Positions 62,370 through 64,000 of a DNA stretch of 64,000 nucleotides are shown here, one piece after another (the first letter of the stretch is position 1; every line of letters starts with the position of its first letter). A model generated the notes under the pieces. The model saw only the letters and a list, made by a program, of their open reading frames with translations, ran no database searches and was not told the DNA's origin. The DNA comes from Octopus sinensis (taxonomy: Eukaryota). The stretch is taken from contig NC_043000.1 of assembly GCF_006345805.1 (NCBI RefSeq), forward strand, positions 1,860,001-1,924,000. The letters are read 5' to 3'. The translations under genes and the position numbers were made by a program.

Positions 62370-62655
62370 TTCTGTTGTGTCTGGGGAGAGTCATTTTCTT
62401 TTTGTGCCTTATAATGTAACACACTCACCGGTAAAATTTCCGCTTTTTTCTTATTTTTATTTTCCTAAAATTTTCGTTGCATCTTGCAACCTTTTCAATA
62501 GGAAAATAAAAGTAAGAAAAAAGTGGAAATTTTACCGGTGAGTGTGTTACATTGTAAGGCACAAAAAGAAAATGACTCTCCCCAGACAAAACAGAATATG
62601 CTTCAACACACTAATTCATATAAAGAATCTTGCAAACCAAATCCAAAAATGAAAT
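62370..62655. mobile_element. Hairpin element (101-bp inverted arms + 55-bp tail), 12-bp TSD
   Basis: Arms 62367-62467 and 62499-62599 (4 mismatches); TSD agtttcaacata at 62358-62369 and 62656-62667; internally deleted copy at 13084-13273 with TSD aataataaatc. Confidence 0.85.
62460..62506 (-). ncRNA. Minimal hammerhead-like motif with U3:A8 variant core in a hairpin loop
   Basis: UUUUCCUA-UUGAAAA-G-GUUGC-aagau-GCAAC-GAAAA-UUU/-UAGGAAAA. Confidence 0.55.
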
Positions 62656-64000
62656 AGTTTCAACATAATCAACTGGCAAATGAGTGAAATAAAGAAGCTA
62701 GACTCCAAGACAGAAAACTACTAACCATGGTTCGAATGAACCACCCAAAAGAAGCATGAGAGGAAGAGGACTAACTCAATTAGAATTATCTTACAAAACC
62801 ACCACTGTAGGATTAAATACATATCTTGAGCTGTCAAAAGAGTCTCTAATGAAGCTTGTGCACCAGCATGATAAAGTAAAAAAGCTATACTTGGTATACA
62901 AAGAATCTGTACAGTTTAAGAAACAACTGATGACAGAGGAACCTAGGATGAAGGTGAGTGAGAAAGTAACCCAGTTTGCTAAAAGAGTTAAGGAAGAGAT
63001 GAAAAAAAAAGTCCAGAAGAAGAGCAAAGAAGAATAGCTAGAAAAACCGATGCATGGCCAATACCCATGTAGAGTGAATGCAGAATGTGTCATGAGCAGG
63101 ATGAAACAGTGAACCACATCTTAACTGGATGCACAGCACTTGCAAAAACCGAATATATTCATAGACATGATAGAGTTGTGCAATATATCCATTGGAAGAT
63201 ATGTAAATACTACCAGCTTCCAACTTCAGAAAGATGGCACCAGCATAATCCTGAAACTGTGACCGGAAAATATTATGTAACAGTACTCTGGGACATGCCA
63301 ATCAACACAGATAAAGAAATCAAGGCAAACAGGCCAGACATAATCATCAAAGATGGGAAGAATAAGAAATGCTTAATGATAGATGTGACAGTACCATCAG
63401 AGAGAAATGTGTCCTTTAAAGAAGTTGAGAAGTTATTTAAGTACAAAGACCTAGAAATAGAAGCGACCAAGATGTGAGGAATGAAAAGCTGCACAGTACC
63501 AGTGGTGATTGGAGCATTAGGGCTAATTAAAAAGGGCCTTGATAAGCAGCTCAACAAATTCTCTTGCAGTGTTAACGTGTGAGAACTTCAGAAAATAGTG
63601 TTGCTAGGTTCCGCACACATTTTACGCCATGTACTCTCCATGAGATGAGGATCTGCTGTGACCCTAGAGTCAAGGGATGACCCTGGTTCAGCAGAAGACA
63701 ACGGACCATATTTTATTTTAAAAATAATAATGATAATAATAATAATATCAAAAAATACCTTAGGAATGAGAACCCAAGTTCAAAATTTCCCCAAGACACT
63801 TGAAGAAGGCTGGAAGGTATATCAGCCAAAACATTGTGTTAACAAACAAGATGAGGACAAATATCCATCAAATGTAAATAATGTACATAATTCCTCATCT
63901 CTTAAATATAGAACTGTACATGTAAATATATCAATAAATCTTTCATAAGCATTCTACACTATTGTGTCTCTCTCTTTTACAACTGGCACGTTATGGAAGC

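Larger units (their letters stand above)
61542..63715 (+). mobile_element. 5'-truncated R4/Dong-like non-LTR retrotransposon (RT + CCHC + restriction-like endonuclease), inserted in an (AAT)n tract
   Basis: HLFYMDDLKMY RT motif, YKYLGI, YYRRVRLVTKTELNAANKIEAINTLAVPIITYSF, C(HEQD)ETVNHILTGC, RHDRV, LWDMPINTDKEIKANRPDIIIKD..LMIDVTVP..EK..KYKDL, VPVVIGALG; (AAT)n on both sides; interrupted by SINE D and a hairpin element. Confidence 0.88.

Overview
AT-rich, repeat-dense animal genomic DNA. The repeat families and intron style suggest a coleoid cephalopod, probably Octopus (inference). Two convergent spliced genes were reconstructed by hand from GT-AG boundaries, phase continuity and recalled homology. 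On + is the 3' part of LEMD3/MAN1 (9 coding exons, 2103-20458: second TM helix, MSC/winged-helix region, C-terminal UHM/RRM). On - is a complete PDHB (pyruvate dehydrogenase E1 beta; 12 coding exons, 56768-33110, 1086 nt, 361 aa). Almost all ORFs in the supplied track are repeat artefacts. Introns and flanks hold several tRNA-derived SINE families, TTAA-flanked piggyBac-type MITEs, remnants of Tc1, mariner-like, CR1, RTE, R4/Dong-like and Penelope-like elements, a 2.5-kb 32-bp minisatellite and a 1.5-kb TA/TGTA microsatellite. The most striking unexplained signal is a set of five unrelated short elements that each carry a minimal type I hammerhead-ribozyme (HHR) fold. One has an intact core and lies sense inside PDHB intron 4 (48231-48274). 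One has a U3:A8 compensatory core in the loop of a 101-bp hairpin (62460-62506). One sits in a head-to-head tRNA-SINE palindrome (61089-63920). Three of the five families have inverted-repeat architecture and two have 11-12 bp TSDs, which suggests non-autonomous elements mobilised by Penelope-like RT. The hammerhead/Penelope association is known in general; whether these particular families are described could not be checked. Repeat coordinates are approximate (about +/-10 bp); exon and ribozyme coordinates were counted directly.
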